Below, piece after piece: positions 17,362-25,422 of a DNA stretch of 64,000 nt; within the stretch, counting starts at the first letter, position 1, and the number at the start of each line of letters is the position of its first letter. Source of the DNA: Candidatus Fraserbacteria bacterium (lineage in GTDB: Bacteria > Bipolaricaulota > Bipolaricaulia > RBG-16-55-9 > DRXL01). Position numbers and translations under genes: made by a program. The notes under the pieces are model-generated. The model saw nothing but the letters and a program-made list of their open reading frames with translations. It was not told the origin of the DNA and searched no databases. The stretch is taken from the NCBI GenBank assembly GCA_037440025.1, contig JBBIUX010000001.1, positions 32,001 through 96,000 of the forward strand, in the 5' to 3' direction.

Positions 17362-17577
17362 AACGTTCTCAGTATAGCACCGGTAACGGATAAAATCAAG
17401 TCTCGAAAAGGTGACGAATTTCCCCGTCTTCCCCGGCCCCTTGATTTGACGCCAGCGGGGGGTGGGCTACAATTTTGCTTACTGTCAAAAACAGATAGGC
17501 CAGCGGTCTTTGGCATGTCAGGCAGAAGAGCTAAACGAGGGGAAAAACCTGTTGGCAAGAGGGTTATCGCGCTTGCT

Positions 17578-17700
17578 GGAGGACTTGAACCTCCGACCTC
17601 TGGCTCCGCAGGCCAGCGCTCTGATCCCCTGAGCTACGGGCGCGTGTGCACGGCTATTCTAACAGGCAAACAGAGGCTTGTCAACGGGCAAATCCCCCTC
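17578..17700. repeat. Right att site: 123-bp direct repeat with 3'-truncated tRNA-Arg copy
   Basis: Same sequence as 11564-11686; the tRNA copy lacks the 3' acceptor strand and CCA. Confidence 0.95.
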
Positions 17701-17758
17701 ATGAACGAAGAGCCTTTGTACCCACTTGAGCAAGTCAACCAACCTCCAGTAGTGCGCC

Positions 17759-17864
17759 TAATACTAATTCTACTTCATCGTGTCACTTTGTCATTCTGAG
17801 CAAAGCGAAGAATCCAGACCATTCGCTTCCGCTCAGGGTGACACCATGAATCGAGATTAGTATA
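17759..17864. mobile_element. MITE-like element with ATACTAAT terminal inverted repeats and an internal TGTCA hairpin
   Basis: ATACTAATTCTACTTCATCGTGTCA...TGACACCATGAATCGAGATTAGTAT; sibling copy at 40320-40421. Confidence 0.7.
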
Positions 17865-17941
17865 ACTCGCTCACCTCCAGAGCTGAGCATAGCACACCCA
17901 CCCCCGGCGCGGGCAAATCCGAGTCCTGCGATCCGCGTGCT

Positions 17942-18586
17942 CTAGGGTGTGCTTCCCTTTGAAGTCTTCGGGCGATAGTCACGCCGATCCAGACACGCAT
18001 CGTAGGTAGCACGATCAATCTGCATCCAGTCCGTCTTCTCAATTCCCCTCTTGTTCCGAGTCGTGGGACTGAAGGGGAAAGCACTCGCCACCTTGATCCA
18101 GCGGCCTTGCTCTTTGGCAATCACCCGGACTTCCGCTGCCACTTCCGAGAGGTATTGGTCCTGGCTGAAGATCAGAGCCACGTCATACTCGTTGCGGTGA
18201 GCGAGACGAATGACATCTATCGCCATGCGCACGTCAATCCCCTTCTCTTCTCCAGCGAGAAACGTATGCTCAGTGCCATCGGGAAGCTTCACCCGTTGGT
18301 TGCGATACCGAAGCGTGCGAGAGAAGACGTGAACACCCTGCCAGCTCAGAAACCTCAATTTTGCAGCCCAAAACTGATTCCAGAAGGGGTCATCGCTTAT
18401 GTCAGGGATGCCAGTATAGAAGCGCACTTGCTTTAACTGCCAACCTTTGAAGTTGCACAGAGAGTTTGCTAAGCACATAGGGTCATAGTTGGGGTAGGTA
18501 TAACCAAAGGCTTCACGGGCGGCGTGAAAGAGATTCTGCCCGTCAAAGAAGGCTACTGTGCGTTTTGCAGTTGGTTCTGTAGGCAT
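17942..18586 (-). CDS. NYN-domain (PIN-like) ribonuclease
   Basis: FFDGQNLFH, VRFYTG, EEKGIDVRMAID, IFSQDQYL; start trimmed to MPTEP. Confidence 0.85.
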   Translation of the reverse strand: MPTEPTAKRTVAFFDGQNLFHAAREAFGYTYPNYDPMCLANSLCNFKGWQLKQVRFYTGIPDISDDPFWNQFWAAKLRFLSWQGVHVFSRTLRYRNQRVKLPDGTEHTFLAGEEKGIDVRMAIDVIRLAHRNEYDVALIFSQDQYLSEVAAEVRVIAKEQGRWIKVASAFPFSPTTRNKRGIEKTDWMQIDRATYDACLDRRDYRPKTSKGSTP

Positions 18587-18605
18587 AGCTCCCCGTAAAA
18601 GATAA

Positions 18606-18683
18606 CTCCGCCCGGGCCTTGCGGCATGTCGAGCGGAGAGCAACTTCTGAGCATATTAAAGCACACCGAGGGCCTTTTGTCAA
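18606..18683 (-). promoter_or_regulatory. NYN promoter and structured leader hairpin
   Basis: TTGACA-N17-TTTAAT, then CTCCGCTCG acat GCC-GCAA-GGC c CGGGCGGAG. Confidence 0.6.
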
Positions 18684-18888
18684 GATTCCAGCCCGCGATT
18701 TAAGATCATTCAACAGATAGAAAAGAACGCGGCACTCACCTTCAATGGAGTTCGTCGCTCAGTTTCCGAGCTTACCCCCAAATCAAGGGGGTGGGAACCT
18801 GAGGCCCGGAACCTGCGTTTTAATTATATTCATCTCGCACCCAACTACATCGAGCCTCTGGCGGATGGTAAGCCGGCTTTGCCCTATC

Positions 18889-18963
18889 TGGTGGGTGGTA
18901 GAGGATTTGAACCTCTGACCTTCTGCACGTCAAGCAGACGCTCTTCCGCTGAGCTAACCACCC
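18889..18963 (-). tRNA. tRNA-Val (GAC)
   Basis: 75-nt cloverleaf, anticodon arm TCTGC TTGACGT GCAGA, CCA encoded. Confidence 0.95.
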
Positions 18964-18972
18964 CAATAAGTG

Positions 18973-19047
<75 letters not shown>

Positions 19048-19121
19048 ATCAGTGATGTATTGTAACGCTCCCCATCGGACTTGTCAAACCCTCGATGGGA
19101 TGATTCAAAGTTGCCAGTTGA

Positions 19122-19274
19122 GGCTCTGTAGAAAACCTCCCTTGGACCGGCGACTCAAGTCGCCGGCTCAGCAGGTGGAAGCGTGCTCAAGCACGCTCAC
19201 CAGCCCGCTTCAGCGGGCTTCCATCTCCTGAGCCGTCTGCTTGAGCATCCGGCTTCAAGGATTTCTACAAAGCC
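19122..19274. mobile_element. 153-bp MITE with 13-bp TIRs and 8-bp target duplication
   Basis: GGCTCTGTAGAAA...TTTCTACAAAGCC flanked by CCAGTTGA at 19114-19121 and 19275-19282; internal hairpins. Confidence 0.8.
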
Positions 19275-19382
19275 CCAGTTGAAAGTTACAAGTTCTGAAC
19301 TTGGAACCGCCCCGCGGCTTCGGTTAAACTAGAGTGCAGCTCATTTCAGAGAGCGTGAGACACGCTTGAAAAGGAGGACGAC

Positions 19383-20747
19383 ATGAAACGAGCCTCTCTG
19401 TTCGTTGTTCTGGTCGCATTGATGGTCGGCGGAGTTGGAGGGTCCCAGCAAAGTGCTGTTGGCCCGAATGTAACGATCTATAGCGACTTAGCGCTTATCG
19501 AGGAGCTGCGCGTGCTCACCGTCTCCCAGGGAGAGGGTGTCCATCTGGTCGAAGACCTGCCGGAGGCCATCTGGCCCAATTCGGTCGTCTTTCGCCCCAG
19601 CGAGCCTAGCGTCAGAATCCTCGAACAGGAGTTCTTACCCGCGCAGACCATAAGCAGCTCTGGATTGCTGGAAAGCTATATCGGCCGAGAAGTCGAAGTA
19701 ACCGTCGCTCGCGGTTTGGTCCCCAAGACCTACCGCGGCACGCTCTTGAGCATCGAAGACGGCCTCGTCCTGCAAGAGAGTTTCGGGAAAGTTCAACTGA
19801 TCCGTGAGTACAGCGAGATCGCGCTTGCGAAACTCCCAGACTATCGCAAAGAACCGGCGCTTTCGTGGCGAGTGCAGAGCGATTCTGCTAGGGATATCCA
19901 AGGTCATTTGAGTTACCTGACGGGGGGGCTCGGTTGGTCGGCGTATTACACAACGATTCTCAACGAAGCCGAGAACCAGATGGCCTTGAGCAGTTGGGTA
20001 ACGCTCTCCAATCACAGTGGGCGCGAGTACAAGGACGCGAGGTTGACGCTAATCGCTGGCGAGCTGCGCCGCGTGACGCCACCACCACCGGTGATTCCGT
20101 ATGAAGCACGAGCAGAGCTGGCACCAGCTCCCGCGAAAGACATCGAGACACGCCCGACGTTTGAGTATCACGAATATAAACTGTCCCGCCCGGCGACGCT
20201 AAAAGACAAACAGACCCTTCAGCTCTCGTTCTTAAAATCTGACGCGATCACCGTATCGAAACACTATGTCTACGAAGCTACAGTCTCGCCTCAAGTTCGG
20301 ATCGAGATCCGCTTCACTAACGACGAGGCCAGCGGCCTGGGCGTTGCACTGCCCGCAGGCACCGTTCGCCTGTATAAAGAAGCAGCAGACTCGCTACAGC
20401 TGATTGGCGAAGATACTTTAGCTCACACCCCCAAAAACGAGAAGATAACACTCGCGCCAGGGATGGCTTTTGATCTCAAAGCCGAGCGAGTTCTCAAAGA
20501 TAGACAAGTCATTGATCGGGATCAGTACGGGCGGGAAACCTATCGAGAGACGTATGAGATCTCCTTGCGCAACCAGAAGAGCACCGATGTTCTTATCGAA
20601 GTGAGAGAACGACTGCAGGGCACCTGGAAGATCGTCTCAGCTGAGCCTAACTATGAAAAGCTCGATGCGAATACCGTTTTGTTTCAAGCCCCGGTAAAAG
20701 CCGAGGGAGCAGCGATAGTCACTTACACCGTGGAGTGGAAGTATTGA
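19383..20747 (+). CDS. DUF4139-domain secreted protein
   Basis: Signal peptide, VTIYSDLALI, LSYLTGGLGWSAYY, LSNHSG, LPAGTVRLY, LIGED; AGGAGG RBS. Confidence 0.8.
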   Translation: MKRASLFVVLVALMVGGVGGSQQSAVGPNVTIYSDLALIEELRVLTVSQGEGVHLVEDLPEAIWPNSVVFRPSEPSVRILEQEFLPAQTISSSGLLESYIGREVEVTVARGLVPKTYRGTLLSIEDGLVLQESFGKVQLIREYSEIALAKLPDYRKEPALSWRVQSDSARDIQGHLSYLTGGLGWSAYYTTILNEAENQMALSSWVTLSNHSGREYKDARLTLIAGELRRVTPPPPVIPYEARAELAPAPAKDIETRPTFEYHEYKLSRPATLKDKQTLQLSFLKSDAITVSKHYVYEATVSPQVRIEIRFTNDEASGLGVALPAGTVRLYKEAADSLQLIGEDTLAHTPKNEKITLAPGMAFDLKAERVLKDRQVIDRDQYGRETYRETYEISLRNQKSTDVLIEVRERLQGTWKIVSAEPNYEKLDANTVLFQAPVKAEGAAIVTYTVEWKY

Positions 20748-20751
20748 TGCT

Positions 20752-21030
20752 ATGGAAGAGCTTCTGACACAGCCCGATGACGAGTATCTGACGGATGCGA
20801 TACAGAACTACGCTCGGGCGATTGAAAAGGTGCTCGCGGAAGTGCCGGTGGTCAACGGCACAGTTGACCTAGAGACGATCTGGATGGAGCTGGCACTGCC
20901 GCGCGACTTGCTGATCGAAGTCTTTCAGACGATGCCCATTCGCCTGCCAGCGCATGTAGAAAGAGTGATCACGCGCGACGGTCGCGTGTTGGCGCAACAG
21001 AAACCAGCTGAACCGGGCACGGCTCTCTGA
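20752..21030 (+). CDS. Hypothetical protein
   Basis: 92-aa ORF tightly coupled to both neighbours. Confidence 0.65.
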   Translation: MEELLTQPDDEYLTDAIQNYARAIEKVLAEVPVVNGTVDLETIWMELALPRDLLIEVFQTMPIRLPAHVERVITRDGRVLAQQKPAEPGTAL

Positions 21031-22505
21031 TGATGGACACGGTTTGCTTTGGGACTGACGGCTGGCGCGGCGTGATCGCCCGCGATTTTACGTTTGCCAA
21101 CGTGGGCCGCGTCGCCGGGGCCATCGCTGCGTATCTGAAAAGCCCGCAGCGACGCTCGTTAGAAGTCTACAAAAAATGGGGCGTGGCGTATCGCCCGCCG
21201 GAGCGCGGCGTCGTCATCGGCTACGACACGCGCTTTCTCTCCAAAGAGTTTGCTGTGCACATCGGGCGCGTGCTCCAAGACGCAGAGATTCCCGTCTGGA
21301 TCGCGCACGAGCCCGTCCCCACCCCGACGCTCTCCTACGCTGTCTCCCATCACCAAGCAGCCCTCGGCGTGATGGTCACAGCCAGCCACAACCCGCCCGA
21401 ATACAATGGGGTTAAGATTAAGATAGAATACGCAAGCTCCGCCCCGCCCAGCGTCACCCAGCTCATCGAATCTCTCGTCCCTTCAGAGGCGCCGACGCCC
21501 AAGACCCCAGCGAGTGCGCTCAACTTTGCAGACTTCAAAAGCCCGTATCTTGCACGTATCCACCAGCTTATTGACACCGAGCTGCTGCGCCAGAGCGATC
21601 TGTGCGTCCTGATTGACGCGATGTACGGGGCAGCGCGAGGGTACGTCGCGGAGATTCTCAAAGAGCTGGGTGTAGAGTTTCTCACGGTGCGTCACGGCGA
21701 TAACCCGCGCTTTGGCGGAAAGAACCCTGAACCCATCGAGAAAAATCTAGGCCCCCTGCGGGCGGTGATCGCCAGCGAGCGCCAGAGAAAATTCAAGAGT
21801 GCCAAGTGCTTGCTCGGGGTCATCACCGACGGCGACGGTGATCGTGTCGCGGCGATGGACGAACTCGGACAGGTGATAGATTCTCATCGCTGCTTCGCGC
21901 TCATGCTGAAGTACTTAGTAACAAAAGGCTGGCGCGGAAAGGTCGTCAAGTCGTTCACGCTCTCCGATATGATAGATACGCTCGCCGTCAAAAATAATTT
22001 AGAGCTGGACGAAGTCCCCGTCGGGTTCAAATATATTTGTGAAAAGATGGTGCGCGAAGACGTCTTAATTGGGGGCGAAGAATCGGGCGGGATCGCCATA
22101 AAAAATCACATTCCCGAACGAGACGGGGTCTTAAATTCGCTCTTGCTCTGCGAGGTCGCCGCGCGGGCGAAAAAGCCCACAAGCGAGATCATCAACGATC
22201 TGTTAGCTGAAGTTGGCCCGCACTGGTACGACCGGCGCGACCTGCGTCTAGAGAGCCGTTTAGAAGTCGTCGAGCACGTGAAGCGTCGGCCACCTCAGCA
22301 GATCGCTGGGCTCAAAGTTATCAAAACAGAGATGCTTGACGGAGTGAAGCTGCGATTTTCACACGGCTGGTTGCTGCTGCGAGCCAGCGGGACCGAGCCG
22401 CTCTTGAGGCTCTATTGCGAGCTGGACTCGTTGGAGAAAGTGCATGAAGTCTTAGACGAAGCGGAGCGCTTCGCGCGGGGCGATCTGAGCTTATGGGTGA
22501 AATAA
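21030..22505 (+). CDS. Phosphoglucomutase/phosphomannomutase
   Basis: FGTDGWRG, TASHNPPEYNG, DGDGDR, GEESGG, RASGTEP. Confidence 0.92.
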   Translation: MMDTVCFGTDGWRGVIARDFTFANVGRVAGAIAAYLKSPQRRSLEVYKKWGVAYRPPERGVVIGYDTRFLSKEFAVHIGRVLQDAEIPVWIAHEPVPTPTLSYAVSHHQAALGVMVTASHNPPEYNGVKIKIEYASSAPPSVTQLIESLVPSEAPTPKTPASALNFADFKSPYLARIHQLIDTELLRQSDLCVLIDAMYGAARGYVAEILKELGVEFLTVRHGDNPRFGGKNPEPIEKNLGPLRAVIASERQRKFKSAKCLLGVITDGDGDRVAAMDELGQVIDSHRCFALMLKYLVTKGWRGKVVKSFTLSDMIDTLAVKNNLELDEVPVGFKYICEKMVREDVLIGGEESGGIAIKNHIPERDGVLNSLLLCEVAARAKKPTSEIINDLLAEVGPHWYDRRDLRLESRLEVVEHVKRRPPQQIAGLKVIKTEMLDGVKLRFSHGWLLLRASGTEPLLRLYCELDSLEKVHEVLDEAERFARGDLSLWVK

Positions 22506-22512
22506 CCTATGC

Positions 22513-22595
22513 GGGTGGCGCGCCCATTCGACGCTCTTCTCCTTCGGCTGGCCGAACAGCTCTGGATGCAAATAGAAGCCTCGTTCTGGCTTCAT
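22513..22595 (-). repeat. C-terminal relic copy 1 (MKPERGFYLHPELFGQPKEKSVEWAR)
   Basis: Strong nucleotide similarity to 23010-23080, 24351-24533 and 24979-25158. Confidence 0.8.
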
Positions 22596-22708
22596 CCCTT
22601 TTTCATCCCGGAGTGCCCCACGTCTACACCTATCTGCCGCACGCGGATCCGCCAACCGTGCAACAAGCGACGTTGGCCCTCCGGGATGTTTTCATCGAGG
22701 AGATACAT
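22592..22708 (-). pseudogene. Truncated DUF5615-like PIN toxin
   Basis: MYLLDENIP...; only 38 aa, running into relic copy 1. Confidence 0.7.
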
Positions 22709-22959
22709 TAGCTGATTGTTTCTGCCGCGAATTCCGGCGCATGGACAGCCAAGGCCTCCCGCGCCAGGCGGACTGCTTCGGCGATGGCCTGCTTGGTCAG
22801 CGCCCCGTGCCATTCTTCTATAATAGCTTCCCAGGCCATACCGAAGGCTACTTGTTCAAGCACATCGGTGACCAGAACACGCGTGCCACGGAAAGTGGGC
22901 TGGCCATGGCAGATCGCGGGATCGACGACGATATATCGCCCTAAGGCTTTGGCGGCCAT
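22708..22959 (-). CDS. DUF433 antitoxin-like protein
   Basis: IVVDPAICHGQPTFRGTRVLVTDVLE. Confidence 0.85.
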   Translation of the reverse strand: MAAKALGRYIVVDPAICHGQPTFRGTRVLVTDVLEQVAFGMAWEAIIEEWHGALTKQAIAEAVRLAREALAVHAPEFAAETIS

Positions 22960-23009
22960 ACAGGGTCACCCGGCACGATTGTACGCTCTTCCTGTCTCTC
23001 CGGCAAGCG

Positions 23010-23080
23010 TTTGATTATCTCAGGGTTGCGCGCCCATTTCGACACTCTGGGTCTCCGGCTTCATCTCTTCGACCGGGATT
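23010..23080 (-). repeat. C-terminal relic copy 2 (internally deleted, frameshifted)
   Basis: IPVEEMKPE...SVE/WARNPEII. Confidence 0.7.
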
Positions 23081-23416
23081 CTATGAGCCGGCCCGAGCGA
23101 TGCGACGAGGGACCAAATCGATTCTGAGTTCCGCCTGCAACGCCCGCGCGATCTGTTCGAGCGTCTTCAGCTCTACGTTCCCGCCGTTCTCCACGCGCGA
23201 GATCACCGAAGGGCTCGTGTGCAACAGAGCGGCGAGCTGCGTTTGCGTCAATCCCAGCTTCACCCGCAACGCGGCGATGCGGACGCCTAACCGTACCAAC
23301 TCCAGCCCTTCTTCATAAGCCTGGCGAAATTCGGGATTAGCCAGCTGCTGCTTCTTGTACTCTTCGTACCGGGTCACTTGGCGCTCCGCAACCTTTTGAG
23401 CCTTCGACTGAGCCAT
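23081..23416 (-). CDS. HigA-like XRE antitoxin
   Basis: NPEFRQAYE...LTQTQLAALLHTSPSVISRVENG...LKTLEQIARAL. Confidence 0.85.
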   Translation of the reverse strand: MAQSKAQKVAERQVTRYEEYKKQQLANPEFRQAYEEGLELVRLGVRIAALRVKLGLTQTQLAALLHTSPSVISRVENGGNVELKTLEQIARALQAELRIDLVPRRIARAGS

Positions 23417-23419
23417 GCT

Positions 23420-23518
23420 TCAACCTCCCTTCTTCTGCTGGTGCGGCAGCGAGTCGAGAAACTCCTCGACCGGACAGCGGCCTTCGTCATCCTCGTAGAA
23501 GGCAATCCGCCAAGACAC
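23420..23518 (-). pseudogene. Truncated HigB/Gp49-like (RelE fold) toxin
   Basis: VSWRIAFYEDDEGRCPVEEFLDSLP, then stop at 32 aa directly before HigA. Confidence 0.7.
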
Positions 23519-23584
23519 AGCTTATATGATATAGCAGAAAAGATAGAAACGCCAGGTCTGCGCGAAGGCCCCGTCGCGATCCAC

Positions 23585-23674
23585 TCAACGGAGCCCCAAG
23601 ACGATCTCGACGGGGATGCGGGGCTTGCCGTGGCAGATGTTCGGATCAACCTCGATGCGCTCGGCGATCTTCAT
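23585..23674 (-). pseudogene. DUF433 fragment with deletion/frameshift
   Basis: MKIAERIEVDPNICHGKP / RIPVEIVLG in a shifted frame. Confidence 0.65.
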
Positions 23675-23816
23675 AGGGCACCACCGCCTGGGATTGTAGC
23701 AAGGGCGAGCGAGTCCGGCCACCCGCTTTCTGGCCTTGAGCCTTGGAATCACGGCAGGCTTGGCCTCCGTGCTCCTCTGTGCCTTCCGTGGTTCAAGAGA
23801 GGGTCACGCCGCCAGC

Positions 23817-24002
23817 TTAGGGCTTCGGTATGCCCAGGTCTTTACAAATCTTACTGACCAGCTTTTCACGAATCTCGCGATGTCGCGGCACTGATGAAAT
23901 TCTTCTATTGGCCGGGTTCCAATAGATAGTATGCCTGGGCCCCTCGCGCAGAAACTGACAGCCATGCTGTTCCAGGTGTCGGAGCAGATCGCGACGCTTC
24001 AT
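23817..24002 (-). CDS. hicA: HicA-family toxin
   Basis: MKRRDLLRHLEQHGC.FLREG.RH...VPRHREI...ICKDLGI. Confidence 0.9.
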   Translation of the reverse strand: MKRRDLLRHLEQHGCQFLREGPRHTIYWNPANRRISSVPRHREIREKLVSKICKDLGIPKP

Positions 24003-24224
24003 TTACGTCGTGACTACCAGCTTTTCTTTAAGGACCGGCTTGTCAGCGATCTCGCGCTCGGCCAGCTCTCGATTGGCTGCCAGCACCAAAGCGACGGCTT
24101 CTTTCAGATTCGCGCGCGCTTCTTCGAGTGTTCGTCCTTGGGTGTTCGCGCCGGGCAACTCTTCTACGTAGGCAATCCACCAATCGTCGTCTTGTTCGAA
24201 GACGGCCGTGAAGCAGTTCTCCAT
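24003..24224 (-). CDS. hicB: HicB-family antitoxin (short)
   Basis: WWIAYVEELPGANTQGRTLEEARANLKEAV; start trimmed to ATG 24224. Confidence 0.9.
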   Translation of the reverse strand: MENCFTAVFEQDDDWWIAYVEELPGANTQGRTLEEARANLKEAVALVLAANRELAEREIADKPVLKEKLVVTT

Positions 24225-24285
24225 TGTCGAGATCACCCTTGGTTTCAGTTTAACTGTTGCAGTCCTATAGGGCAAGTTGATCAGG

Positions 24286-24347
24286 ATCACGGAAAGCGCG
24301 GAAGTCGTTTTCCGTGTCTCCCGTGCTGCTCCGTGCATTCCGTGGTT
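24286..24347. repeat. CACGGA/TCCGTG short-unit repeat family
   Basis: TCCGTG...CCGTG...TCCGTGGTT; similar stretches at 23764-23794 and 44291-44340. Confidence 0.55.
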
Positions 24348-24350
24348 CTA

Positions 24351-24533
24351 TTACTTTGGCATCCCCTGCAACTGCTTCATCATGTCTGGATTATGTGCCC
24401 CTTCGACGCTCTTCTCCTCCGGCTGGCCGAACAACTCCGGGTGCAGATAGAAGCCCCGCTCCTTCTCGGGCTTCATCTCTTTGACCGGGAGGCGCTGGGC
24501 GTTGGCGTAGGCGTCCTGGCGGATGCCCGTCAG
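24351..24533 (-). repeat. C-terminal relic copy 3 (longest)
   Basis: LTGIRQDAYANAQRLPVKEMKPEKERGFYLHPELFGQPEEKSVEGAHNPDMMKQL*. Confidence 0.85.
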
Positions 24534-24748
24534 CGCCGTCGCAAGCAAAAGCGATCCCGGCGATACTCCACGAGAAAGTGTTCCAAAACCCCGGCTCGCC
24601 CCAACACCACCGGCACGCGCTCCTCAGGCACGAAGATCACGGGCAGCTCAAAGGGATGCTTCAATAACTCAGCATGCACCGTTCGACCGCCCCCAAGCCA
24701 GCGGTAAACTCGGGGGTATAGGGAAAGCAGCGGGCACGGGCCATTCAC
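24530..24748 (-). pseudogene. Retropepsin-like aspartyl protease remnant
   Basis: Follows DUF5678; keeps the C-terminal PVVLGR.GVLEHF but lacks the DTG motif. Confidence 0.55.
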
Positions 24749-24963
24749 AGCACCAGAGCGTCCTCCGTCGGCGGGAAGTACTTGAGCACCGGGTCACTGT
24801 CAGGGTATCTTCGCTTGGCTTGCGCGTAAGCCTCTTGAGCCGTAGCGCCATAGCCTGCTACTTCTCGGCCGACGAGGGCTACGAACCGGCCAGCATACTG
24901 CTGAGAGAGCTGCAAGCCCTGCTCCTGGAGAAACGCGAACTCTTCGATCTTTCGGAGCCCCAT
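24745..24963 (-). CDS. DUF5678-domain protein
   Basis: QYAGRFVALVGREVAGYGATAQEAYAQAKRRYP; TATAAT 9 nt upstream (leaderless). Confidence 0.75.
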   Translation of the reverse strand: MGLRKIEEFAFLQEQGLQLSQQYAGRFVALVGREVAGYGATAQEAYAQAKRRYPDSDPVLKYFPPTEDALVL

Positions 24964-24978
24964 AGCGCTCTGATTATA

Positions 24979-25158
24979 CTATTTCTTCGCCTCACCTGCC
25001 TTCCGCTCCTCCTCCCACTGCTTGCGCATCTCCTGCATCTGTCTCATCATCTCAGGGTTGCGCGCCCATTCGACGCTCTTCTCCTCCGGCTAGCCAAAGA
25101 GTTCCGGGTGCAAACAGTAGCCCCGCTCTTGCTCGGGCTTCATTTCTTCGACTGGCAG
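24979..25158 (-). repeat. C-terminal relic copy 4 (internal stop)
   Basis: LPVEEMKPEQERGYCLHPELFG*PEEKSVEWARNPEMMRQMQEMRKQWEEE. Confidence 0.85.
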
Positions 25159-25194
25159 GCCCGATCTCCGAGGCGGCCATCAAAAGCCGAAGTC

Positions 25195-25422
25195 CTATGA
25201 CAGCAGGGCGACGAATCCCTCTACCGTCAGACCGGCTTTGCGGATCAGGCTGCGCACGAGGCCCCTGTCCAGCTCCTTGTGATTGGGCACAGAGAGCGAG
25301 TAAGGACTGCCCGACTGGCTAAGCACAAAGTGATTCCGCTGGCTCAGCCGGTCGAGGGTCCACCCAGCCTTGACGAACGCTCTCACCGCTTCTTCCCCGC
25401 TAACTCGTGGGAGACGAGGCAA
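25195..25422 (-). CDS. hicA: HicA-family toxin
   Basis: LPRVSGEEAVRAFVKAGW...NH...SVPNHKELDRGLVRSLIRKAGLTVE. Confidence 0.85.
   Translation of the reverse strand: MPRLPRVSGEEAVRAFVKAGWTLDRLSQRNHFVLSQSGSPYSLSVPNHKELDRGLVRSLIRKAGLTVEGFVALLS

Larger units (their letters stand above)
11564..17700. mobile_element. ~6.0 kb integrative element / phage-satellite-like island in tRNA-Arg
   Basis: 123-bp flanking direct repeats 6014 bp apart, tyrosine integrase at the edge, prim-pol, RHH and excisionase-like HTH, terminase-small-like gene, more AT-rich composition. Confidence 0.9.

Noticed and set aside
22510..25200. Classical integron attC sites in the TA array
   Set aside because: The spacers are protein-coding relics without evident RYYYAAC/GTTRRRY boxes, and no IntI-type integrase is adjacent
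23931..25200. Plus-strand ORFs of 258 aa and 225 aa
   Set aside because: Antisense shadows of the minus-strand TA genes and relics
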